DNA of 61,848 bases, counting the filler, from Hausera hauseri (Eukaryota): the NCBI GenBank assembly GCA_046269625.1. It is 12 parts of 12 records of this genome, joined end to end, with 100 filler letters (N's around TTAATTAATTAA, not from the genome) between each part and the next. Parts side by side here need not be neighbours in the genome. Positions count along the whole stretch, not along the records: positions 1 to 4,478 come from JBJURY010561784.1; positions 4,579 to 8,632 come from JBJURY010791646.1; positions 8,733 to 13,802 come from JBJURY010345268.1; 9 more parts are not named here. The stretch is one strand, 5' to 3'. Positions 1 through 10,249 of the stretch are shown here, in pieces (position 1 is the first letter of the stretch; each line of letters begins with the position of its first letter). A model generated the notes under the pieces. That model did not search any database. It was not told the origin of the DNA and saw nothing but the letters and a program-made list of their open reading frames with translations. The position numbers and the translations under genes are program-made.

Positions 1-559
1 TATTTCCTCTATAATTCTTGTTTGGGAAGTATAATATTTGCATGAACTGTATTAAAAAAAATTTTAACAACCTTTTCGTACATATTTATTTTTCTTTTAT
101 CCAAATGAGTATTTTTGAATTTTTATTCAAAAATATAACTGTATTTACTGACTGCGTATAAATTGGGGTTTTGTGTATTTTTTTAAATTTATGTCGATAA
201 GTTTGCTGCAATAAATAATTTAGCAGAGAAATATTCAAAATAGTAGTGGTTATGATATATTGGGGGTTTTGGTACACAAGAACCGAATTTGCCCGATTTT
301 GGTTAACATTCATCTTTGGATGTAAACTCATATTGTTTTTACGCAATAAAAAAGAATAATCAGTATTATACATTTTAAAAAATTGATTTTTAAATCACAA
401 TTGGAAAATTTGTATAAATCTTAGCAATTAAAGGATATTTTCTTCTGAAGTCTTATTTTATTCCGAAAGGTGTGTGTACCAATAATTCGTTTTGGGGTAT
501 ATGCATATACAGTGGTGTCATTCAAGTTGACTTATTTTGGTCGAGATTGGCACCTTGAG

Positions 560-1845
560 GTCAGTGTAATTTGTCAGAAATCAAATTATGTTATTGAAGT
601 CTATTTGAGCTGTATGCAGAATCGAACACAACATTGGTGTCAGAAGCACTGCGGCACATACAGGCCAGGCTCGACCGTGGTTTGTCTGGAATTCCAATAA
701 CAAACAAACCAGGTAAGTTCGGTTATTGTTATTAAAGTACCCGGCAGCATTTTATTGCAATTTTTATGATCTCTCATCAATTTTGAAGCTTTATAATAAA
801 TTCAATATGTTCATTGTATACATTTTTCCTGTATCAGTCATTTGGAAGTATTTTTGGTATTTTTATTGTACGTAACAGTTTTAAATCCAACAGTTGTCTG
901 TGTAAAGTTTTTAGAAATATAATGAATCTCATGTTCATTGATACTAACGACAAAGTCTCGAAATTTCTCTTTATCGAACTCCATTCGAAACCTCTTAAAA
1001 TTCAATTGCTTTGAAGCAGGCATTGAGTGAAATGGGCAACGCTGGTAATGATAACGATAAAGCAGTTAAAAAGGCGTTTGATGTTGTGCACATAAGACAT
1101 TTACAACAATGCAAAACGGGTACGAGTGAGGCAGCAAGGGATCACCGAAATTCTGTTGTACAAGTGAGACAGGAAATGGCTCATAAGAAAACTCTGTTAT
1201 ACATGGAACGAATTACCACACGTCATCAGACACAGAGATCATACAAATAGTAAAAAACTTAATGTTGCAATTAACGTTTTCTTTAAAACAAATCCAATGC
1301 GGTAAAGTTAATGCAGTTTCTACAAAACCATTCATCATTACAGTACATAAAGTAAAAAAATGAAGTCACCAGACGACAACAGCAATATGTACAATCACAA
1401 ATGTACGTACTCTATCAAAATTTAGACAGTTCATAAAAATGATCTAGTTTGTTTAACGAAGACTTGTACTCAACAAATAGGCATTTGGATCTATTGTGTC
1501 ATGTGTTAAGAATCACCCATCCAAAGCATTTGATTGATCTGTCAGGGACAAAAATTCGATACACTGATGCAACAGTCTATATCAACAACCATATTTCTGC
1601 CAGTGCACCACCTCGTAATTTAACTGAATTTCTCCTCCATAACGTGGCACTCTGCCTACCACAAAATCCCAAATTGGGTGGTTGTCATGTGTCGAAAGGT
1701 CGCTTATTGTCTGATCTATACGTTTTACGATCAACTGGTATGCAAAAGGAAATTCACACTAGATTATATTTAGGGAAGCTCTTAAAGCCAGGTAATTTGT
1801 TCAAGAGATTTGACTTGCGGTGTATGAACTGCAACAATGACGTTC
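560..1845 (+). pseudogene. NMD3: Decayed NMD3 (60S ribosomal export adaptor) fragment, with a probable intron starting at 713
   Basis: Collinear NMD3-like motifs across broken frames: HWCQKHCGTYRP (N-terminal Cys knuckle); KFLFIELHSKPLKIQL (cf. FVWTEPHSKRLKVKL); QCKT..EAARDHRNSVVQVRQEMAHKKTLLYME (cf. VIQVRQK..HKKTFYYLEQ); SNMYNHKCTYSIKI; LRITHPKHLID; PRNLTEF; HTRLYLGKLLKPGNLFKRFDL (cf. RTHLGHLLNPGDLVLGFDL). Several stops and frameshifts. CAG|GTAAGT donor at 713, with candidate acceptors at 837 or 893. Confidence 0.85.
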
Positions 1846-2588
1846 TTTACGGCATAAGACTGTCGTTCTGCTATGTACGTATGATGTTCATCAGTTTCTA
1901 TTGGCACCTTGAAGACCACAAGAGCTACTCTACTAACCTTTGGCACCGGTGAGAGCCCAACACATGGTACAGTGTACCTAGTGAGAATGCCGATCAATTT
2001 GAAGTAACAATACCAGAGCAAGCACCACAATTTTTCGAGAATAACGAGGCTCTATGGCTATCACATTACATTATGACTATCATAAACACCAATATTCCAA
2101 TGCTAGAAGGTCTTCCTATCTATCACACTAATCAGCAAACTGGACAGTTTGTTGACACCTTTCATCAGGTTTATTATACTATGTTTAATCAGGGTTTCAA
2201 TTTTGATAAATCCACAAATTCCAGCCTTACAAATTGGCTGCCAATGGTACGGTCCTATGTTGCACAACTTGTTAAACTTCATCAACACTGTATCATCTCA
2301 TATGAAGAATGACAGCGCACCATAATTGAGCGAAAAATGCTACCTAACGGCCAAGTATGGCACAAATATTCTATACAGTCTGACCTCAACATCAATCGTA
2401 CCTATACATGTTTGAGCCCTAACATTTGGTGGGCAGTGTATGCAGAACTTGATATCTTCGTGGAGAAAGAGAACGTCAAAAGAGCACGCCTAGATAAATT
2501 CAGTATGAAGAACCAAAGAAAATTACTCCTTGAAAACTTGGCAGATAACGAGTGAGCCTATACATTATATCAAACTACTACGCTCGGA
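1846..2588 (+). pseudogene. KDM5: Decayed KDM5/JARID1/lid histone demethylase fragment (JmjC domain to the start of the C5HC2 finger)
   Basis: One frame with three TGA stops (1950, 2310, 2553): YVRMMFISFYWHLEDHKSYSTN.WHR*EPNTWYSVP (cf. [36 protein letters not shown]); PIYHTNQQTGQFVDTFHQVYYTMFNQGFNF (cf. NQxAGEFVITFPRAYHxGFNQGFNF, third metal His lost); LENLADNE*AYTLYQTT (cf. FELLPDDERQCxxCKTT). Confidence 0.9.
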
Positions 2589-3046
2589 GTTACCACGCCA
2601 CGCCCTAGGCACTTACTTACCCACTGTGTTTTTATTAGTAATTCAATATTGCTATACCATTGACAAAACAAAGGTAACAAAGGCTTGCCCTGCATACGAA
2701 AGACAGAGTCCGGTTTATTTGCAATATATTGGTGTAATGTTTTCTACCTGTGTACCCGAAATATACGTAACGTCTTTGGATAAATCCAAGAAGACTTTCA
2801 AAAACACTTCCAAAAAATTTTAATACAAAATTCGATAATCCGAAAGACACGTTAAATAATCCAAATTCGGCATTGATTTTCACCAGGCAATCGAATGCCA
2901 CTCTGATAGTTGGGTTTTGCGACAGGGATGCCTTTAACCCGGTGTTCAGTCGCAGTTGCGGCGTAATAGAGGCATCGGATGCTCGCCCAACGGCCGTTGG
3001 GCAGGCGGCACAACGCTTGAGGTTACCACGCCACGCCATAGGCACT
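2589..3046 (+). repeat. Pair of 25-bp direct repeats (2589-2613 and 3022-3046)
   Basis: GTTACCACGCCACGCC(C/A)TAGGCACT, 24/25 identical, 433 bp apart. The first copy lies where KDM5 similarity stops. Confidence 0.85.
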
Positions 3047-3329
3047 CACACACTGTTTTCATTTTTCTTCCAGAATAAATATATACGCATATTACACGCG
3101 CACAAACCACACCACACCATCTGTATTCTATTGTCACAAAGCACCTTCCCTTCAAAAACTTCTACTTTCGTCTCAACGGTTTCATTCTATAACACATAGA
3201 CAACTCACCTTATGCCACGCCTTTCCAATCTTCTCTTCACATCATAACCGTAATACCTCACCGTCTTGGTTGTTCTAACATTAACCCAGATACTTCGGAG
3301 CTTAAAAAACTTCACTCATAGCCAGTCAT

Positions 3330-4478
3330 AGTGACAAAATCACCTTCAAACTACTCGAAATCCCAGTGCGTCGATTTATTTTTGGACAGCCAAAACTCCC
3401 CACTGACTTGGCTGGACTTTCATGCTTGTTGACTAAAAGCTCACGATCTGACAGATTCTTTCTGAAAAGCCAACAGTCTTCTTATTTACATTCCTTCTTC
3501 TTTATGATCACGTTTATCAAATCTTGCGGATATCTTTGCTAGAGGGGACCCTTATAACTCACTTCACGCCGCAGTTCTAAAACTTACTGAACCAACAATC
3601 GATGAAATAATTCAAAAATTATTTAACGAAAACGCATTAGGTTACACAAAACCGTCCGAATTTCTTTGCACATTCCTTTCACAGCTGAGCACTCTTTTGT
3701 TACTCAATACCACAGTGATGATATCTTACGTCACTACTTTCTCCAATTTTTGCCGAAAGAGACCAGGGCCCTACTTACTGTCGTTGAGGACAGTGCCTCG
3801 CAGAAAAACTAGCCCAACTGGCTGATAAAAGCTTCGATATACTACATACTCAAAATTCACCTATCATTTTATCAGCACTCACAGCATCAAAAACTTACAA
3901 TCAACATACACTGTCGAATATTTACAATCAGCTGCAATAATTATATGCCGAAAACGTTGCATTAAGGAAAGCTATTACATCAGTAACAGACAAATTGATT
4001 CAAATTATAGTGCCGCGCAGATCTTTTTCTGGGAAGCGACAACTCTCTACCAGATCAAATGGTTCTTCGCGCAACAGTTATCCTGTACGCGGCCACATCT
4101 GTTTTTTCATTTCAAATATAAATGACGCGCCAATAAATGCTGCATAGGATGCAGATTTTATAATCAAAACTTTACATCAAATGACTCCATCTGCGTTTAT
4201 CACAATAAATTTCACGACAATGCGCGCAAATTCCTACCAGGCTGTAAGTGTTACAATTTTTCGGCACAGTCAAACTTACCAACGCATTCAAAAAACTAAC
4301 AATGCCATCAGAAGTAACGGAAACTTCTGGTTAAGGCGCAAGCGCTTCATTAAACAGCCGTAACGCATTCTTTGCTGTATTTACACTGCAAGTTACCATT
4401 ACGTTTAAAAGTTCTTCCATCTCTTTTCTCATTGACACTGGAGTTGCAGTGTTACTTCTTCCTCTCTTTTATAAATGG
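3330..4478 (+). mobile_element. Degenerate Gypsy-type LTR retrotransposon gag-protease region, truncated by the contig end
   Basis: NALGYTKPSEFL (cf. LGDRKPSQLL gag motif); LRHYFLQFLPKETRALL; two Cx2Hx6-7Ax2C-like knuckles at about 4095-4160 and 4190-4250; FLIDTGVAV aspartic protease motif at about 4425-4450. Many stops and frameshifts. Confidence 0.75.
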
Positions 4479-4578
4479 NNNNNNNNNNNNNNNNNNNNNN
4501 NNNNNNNNNNNNNNNNNNNNNNTTAATTAATTAANNNNNNNNNNNNNNNNNNNNNNNNNNNNNNNNNNNNNNNNNNNN
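4479..4578. other. Artificial 100-nt contig-joining spacer, first of 11 (others at 8633, 13803, 17944, 22965, 28774, 37715, 43191, 47360, 51701, 56353)
   Basis: Identical N44-TTAATTAATTAA-N44 block each time. The 12-mer places stop codons in all six frames, and composition and content change abruptly across it. Confidence 0.98.
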
Positions 4579-7500
4579 CCTCTACAAATGATTCGTCCTA
4601 TATCCGTTGGGATTTTGCTTTCGGTATATGCGAGGCTATTAGTGATAGTGCAAGAATTATTTGTACTTAAGAAATTGGTCTAGCAGTTACTGAAGTGATT
4701 TTCATTTCTCTTCTGTCATTAGAACGTAAATTGTAGCGTTTATTTGGCCTTATGTCCGTTTTGACAATTCTTTATACTGACACTACTTCTTCGTTACAGT
4801 TTCTGTTAATATACACTGTAGTTGATGTGATTCGAATAATTTCGCAAGGTCCTTTTCCAGTACGAATAAGTTTGAATGATTCGCCGTTCTTGGCAACTAA
4901 GTAGTGTACATAAATCCAATTCCCTTTTTCTAAACCGTGCGGTTTAGCTTTTTTGTCATACTGTTTTGTAAATTGTTCTTGGTATTCTTGAGATAGTTCT
5001 TTAGTAATTTCCCAACACTTCTATAATGTCGTCTGCATTACTTCAACGAAGTTCTATTCTAAGTCTTCATGATTTATCGTACACAGTGTCATTCCTAAGT
5101 GTGTCGGTAATATAGTTTCTCTGCCATACATCATAAAAATGGTGTAAATCCGGTGACGGCATGTGGTGTCGTAGTAGCAGCAAATTGTGCCTTCTAAAAA
5201 TTCATCCCAATCGTTTTGATCTTTTGTGACTACCGTCGATAAGATTCGTATAACAGTTGCGTTCATTAGTTCAACCAATCCGTTACATTGGGGATGGTAA
5301 GCTGTCGAAGTCAGTCGTTCAATTTCGAATATTTTGGTGGTATTATCAAATAGTTTGCTTGAAAAATTTCTTCCGTTATCCGTCAAAATCTGTTTAGGAG
5401 TTCCATATCTGCAAATAATTTTTCTTACTACGGCTTCTGACAGAGTTTCAGCTTTTTGATCACTTAATTCTACTGGTTATACGAAATATATTTGCTACTT
5501 TTATAAGTTGTAGGTAAGGATCCTGCAATATTCATAGACATCGCTTGCACTGGACTATCAGGTACTTTTACCGGTTTTAGTTTAGCTATATAATGTCGCA
5601 CCTTTTACTGTTTAGTTGCACAGACTTCACAGGCGCTTACCCAATTCTTTACATAAATGTAGATGCTAGGCCAATAATATACATTTAATATTCTTTCAAA
5701 CATCTTTTTCAAAGACGTGTCCAGCTAAGCATAAATCGTGTTCGGCCATCAGTGCTTCTGTTCTCAATCCTTTTGGGATAGCTACTAACTTCTGTTCTTT
5801 TCGTTCGTAGTATCAAACATCTTCATGACTTTGTCAGCCGATAAGTAGTATTTATGACCGTGATTTTTCAAATGTTTTCGTAATTTTTGCCCTTTTGGTA
5901 TAATATATTTTTCTGGAAATTCAATAATTTGTTTCATAACTCTATTCTTTTTCTGTTCGATCGAAATCTTGATTGCTTTATCTAACGTCAAGGCTTTTGC
6001 TTGTCTACTAATTCCTCAAGTTGAGCTTTTCTCATTACAGTGGTTGCACTTGTTTTAGTTTTTAGTCTTGATAATGCGTCAGCACCAACACGTTTGCTGT
6101 CCGGTTTATACTGAAATTTAATTATATATAGTGAAATTTCTTCAATCCATCTGTTGAGTCTGCAAGTCGGATAATTTGCTCATCCTTTCAAAATTGTAAC
6201 CTTTTTATGATCAGTAATAATATGATTATCTGTACGTAAATATAAACGTTAAAATATCGTACAGCCTCTTTTGTGGCTAGTGTTCCTAATTCAGTGACTG
6301 AATAATTTCTCTCAGTTTTCTTTAGTGATCGTCCTCCATAAGCGAATGAATGCTCTAATTCTTCACATCTCATTTTTGGACTAATTCGTATCCAATGCCT
6401 TATTTGCTTGCGTCCGTTTTAATTATAAATGGCAAACTAAAATCAGGATATCTCAAAACCGCTTCACTTGTCAAACTTTTCTTCATTTCGTCGAAAGCTT
6501 TTTGTTTTACATCTGTCCATTTCCATTTCATTCTCTTTTTAAGTAAAAGAAACAATTGTGAATGTATTTTCAAGTTATATGGCATATATGTCCCATAATA
6601 TCCGCAAAAATCTAACCAATGCATCAATTCTTTTTGGTTCTTCGGTTCCATACAGTCTGATATTTTGTTTGGCCTATATGAAGGCCAATTTAGTCCTCAT
6701 AATTTCCATATGCACCTTACAATCGTTCGTTATCATTTTGTGATACAAATCAGTTATTCCAGCTTGTTCTTTATAATAGAAGTAATCATCTCTGTTCTTC
6801 AAATAATCTTCGATTCGTACGTCTTATGTCTCAAGTTTGAAAGTTTTAGCATCTATTTCTTTTTCGGTTTCGAAGAACGCTTCATAGTTGGCATATACTA
6901 CTACGTCATATCCTGCGAGCATATCCTTTTTTACAAATTTTAATCCATGATCATCTAAAACTATTATAATTAGCACAGGTTGGACTGCTACGTCTTGATT
7001 TTGTGCCACCACCCGTTTTATTACATATCGTTTCCCAGAAGTTTCATTAAACTTTAATTCTTTAATTTTAATAAAGTTACAATCTCTATTAGAGGGTGGT
7101 TCCGTCTTTTATATGACATTTCTGATTTTCAGAATGGAGTTTAGTAACACTATGAAACGGTTTTCTTGCGTTGGCATTTCGGTGTCATAAAAATCAACTA
7201 CTATTACACCTCTTTCTTTTGCTTTTTTGGTGTCGTATTCTGCTCCAGTGCACACTCCTATATGTTTGTGCGATCTAGTATTTTCGCACATTTATATGTC
7301 CATTAATGAATACTTTTGGCCACGTTTAAACTTATCGCAGTCGTATACTGTGACAGCTGCCATCTTTTTTATTAACATCATCAAGGTTAGGAAATTAATT
7401 AGACAATTTGAGTCATTCTTTCGAATATGCCCGGTCTATGTCAGATTCCATACCGCGTCTTCGATTCTGCTAGCATTATTACTAAATGATAGTCTACATT

Positions 7501-8632
7501 GATAATCATCTTTTTCAAACGATTTAGGCTAACTTATTTCTCGAGGAAGTATTCTAGTGGCTTTTCTAGCCAAGCTAATGGCTTTATTAAGTTCGTTTTC
7601 TCTATTTAGGTTTTGTTTTATTAGCCAAGTATAGTTACACTTTCCTTTATTCTTTTATTGTATATTCTACCATGATTTTCTCAATTACCGTTTCATCGGT
7701 CAGAATGGTTTTAGATAATTTTCAACGAGTATTTTCCATTGTTCTAGCCGCATCATATATAATTTTCTCCTTATCTAGTACATAACCATGGAGACTAAAG
7801 TAATTTAGTATAGGGATTAATTTTTGCATTAGTTCCATAATTCTTCGTTGTTCAAGTCAATCGTAGGTACAGAAATTTGTCTTAATTCTCTAATCAAATC
7901 TCCATTATGGTCAATATCTTCTCGTATTTTCCTTGGCCTTCCAACAGGGCGTTTTTGCTTTGCTGTAAGCAGTATAATTTCACTTGATGGTACTGTTTTT
8001 CTCATATTGTTCTCTATCTTCGTCTGTTTGCACGTATTCGAAATACATTGCAACATCTTGTACTCTCATGACTCGTCCTACGCTCTGCACTGTTTTGGCT
8101 TTACGTACTGAATTTTCTTTGGCTTATTCATTGACGATCGTAACTACCATACCGCCTGAGATAATTCACACATTTATTCGTCTAGTATTCTGCCTATAAA
8201 ATAGAGTCGATAATTTACGCCGTTTTAGCACCGTTATTTATTAGCCATTAGCTATTTCTAATTCAGTGAGAGAGTATTTATTTCTGTAGACTTCCAGTTC
8301 TTTGGTCAATTCATCTATTTCTGCTCATCTTTGGTCAGTAAAAATTTGAATTTTCTGAGTGTGACGTATCCGGCTTTGTAGACGTCAAATTTTCTCATCG
8401 CTAATTTCTGCTATTTCTACTAATAACAACGTCAGTTTGCCCATTTCTTTTAAAATCTTGGAGTCAGGGTCGATTTCTTCAATTAATTTCTTTACGAAGC
8501 TGGTTTCCTCAAAAGTGATTCGGTGGTCGTCCATTATTTCTATTAGTTCGATGTGCCATTTGTGATCCGATCCTGGCATTCACTTGGATGGATCAAGCAA
8601 AAATATCAATACGTCTAAGATGGAATTCAGAT
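4579..8632 (-). mobile_element. Degenerate Ty3/Gypsy LTR retrotransposon internal region (gag, protease, RNase H, integrase), RT core apparently deleted
   Basis: Minus strand, in order: gag-like region with a decayed knuckle (TGHIRKN, about 7420); CTGAE for DTGA (about 7240); PKNQKELMHWLDFCGYY; PDFSLPFIIKTDASK; RSLKKTERNYSVTELGTLA; HHCC-like region; LTDNGRNFSS..TSTAYHPQCNGLVELMN; RYNLRS tail. Confidence 0.9.
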
Positions 8633-8732
8633 NNNNNNNNNNNNNNNNNNNNNNNNNNNNNNNNNNNNNNNNNNNNTTAATTAATTAANNNNNNNNNNNN
8701 NNNNNNNNNNNNNNNNNNNNNNNNNNNNNNNN

Positions 8733-9113
8733 TATGACAAGAGTGATCCGCTGTACTCTACTCGCTTCGCATCAGTAATTGGGAAATTTAAAGACGAAAG
8801 CAAGGGCTGCGTTCAGTATCAAGAAGGGATTTTTCTACGACCAAAATCCTATGCCCTCAAAACTCAAAACAAACCAGTTCTCCAGTGCAAGCGTGTAAAT
8901 CTAAAACAAACAGATTTACAATTCGACAACTACTTACAAGCTTATGAATCCGGTTGTGGGACTATGGTGGGCCAGGAACGAATGGGCAGTAAAAACCATC
9001 AACTTATGTCAATCTGCTCAAAAAAGAAAGCATTGGATCCCTTTGACAATAAACGCCAATGGATTGAGAAAAACCGATCAGTTGCTTATGGACATTATTA
9101 TATAAATTTGTGA
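8733..9113 (+). CDS. C-terminal about 126 aa of a Polinton/Maverick-type protein-primed family B DNA polymerase (5' partial)
   Basis: Open frame from the contig start: VIGKFKDE...FLRPKSYA...SKNHQL...KKALDPFDNKR...AYGHY, then TGA at 9111-9113 and AATAAA at about 9162. Confidence 0.85.
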   Translation, partial: YDKSDPLYSTRFASVIGKFKDESKGCVQYQEGIFLRPKSYALKTQNKPVLQCKRVNLKQTDLQFDNYLQAYESGCGTMVGQERMGSKNHQLMSICSKKKALDPFDNKRQWIEKNRSVAYGHYYINL

Positions 9114-9738
9114 ACATTTTCACTGTAAATATTTCTTTTGATGTTTTGTATATGTTATATTAATAAAAGTTTTTAGTCAGTATTATGTTGTTTTGTTATT
9201 TAGGTTCTTTTAGTTATAGTAAATACGTATAAACTTCGCAAAGTGAAAGTTGCGGGGGGGGGGAATGTGAAACAAAAACTGTGCCAAAAGCCTTGATTTT
9301 CAGGGGTGGGAATAGCGGAACCACGATCACACCAGAAATCCCTTTGTTCACAACCAAAATTTAAACAAATTCTTTCGCGCCAAATTCAAAATTTTTATAC
9401 CGCCCGAATCCATACAGTATGCCTGCTTGAGTGTATCCACTCTGTGACTATCTGTCTCCTATCTCTGCCCTATTAACCGTGTATGTGTGTATCATTTTTT
9501 CTACAACATGACTCATCTGCGAACCAAATCTTTTCTCTTTCCCTAGGGGGGATTGGTGCCCTGGACTCACATCTACCTACTCTCTAACTGACCAGTTTTT
9601 CAATATTAATGGAAATCCATATGAAACGTCACCCTGTATCTGAGGAAAATGGAATAGACTCCAATATGACTTTCTTCTTTCTTCATTCATTTTTCAAAAT
9701 ATTACAAAATGTTTACTTTGTTTACTTTTTCTCTATAG

Positions 9739-10145
9739 CTGGAAATTGAAAAATTACACGGACCACAAGGACAAAGTTACAATAATCAGTGAATCCTTCT
9801 ATGTTGAGAACTACAAATTTTGCATTCATGTTTATCCAAATGGTGATGGTGTCAGACAAAATACTAATGTATCTGCTTTTTTCTCACTTTGCAAAGTTAA
9901 ACATGATGGTCATTTACAGTGCCTTTTAATGCAACGTTGAAATTTCTCTACTGAATAAACTAGATGAAGTTGTCTGTTCAGATAGAATAACGACTGATGT
10001 AAGATCAGTATGTTCTGCAAAACCAGAAAAAGATGAATGCAACTTGGCTACTGGCTTCCCGAAATTTTATCACATTACAAGATTGGATTCGCTTTTGTTG
10101 GTTAATGACGATACATTGATGTTAAAATTTGACTTAATTGAAGTT
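9739..10145 (+). pseudogene. TRAF-type MATH domain relic
   Basis: WKLKNY...SESFYVENYKFCIHVYPNGDG...VSAFFSL...DGHL, a frameshift, then CNLATGFPKF...LVNDDTLMLK. This matches the TRAF MATH pattern (SPPFY..GYKxCxRxYLNGDG...NIASGCPxF...YVKDDTIFIK). It is preceded by an acceptor-like TTTTCTCTATAG. Confidence 0.8.
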
Positions 10146-10249
10146 TTACCACCGAAATCAATTCTACAGCCGGTAATTGATCTGAAACGACAACAGATGC
10201 TAAATATTTTACGGCAATATAAGGATTTGATAAATATACAAATATACCA

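Noticed and set aside
628-646. ACAACA-T-TGGTGTCAGAAG looks like an LTR end plus a tRNA-Leu primer-binding site
   Set aside because: It also encodes HWCQK within the apparent NMD3 N-terminal Cys motif, and no gag follows. It is probably coincidental.
1950-2555. Three in-frame TGA stops in KDM5, suggesting UGA recoding
   Set aside because: They fall at positions expected to be different residues (Gly, Leu, Arg). The catalytic His and finger Cys residues are also lost, so this is decay.
4523-4534. TTAATTAATTAA as a biological palindrome or piggyBac target site
   Set aside because: It is always centred in exactly 44+44 N, so it is a pipeline linker.
9417-9440. GTATGCCTGCTTGAGTGT resembles the 3' end of 5.8S rRNA
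   Set aside because: Only about 18 nt match, and no upstream 5.8S core is present.
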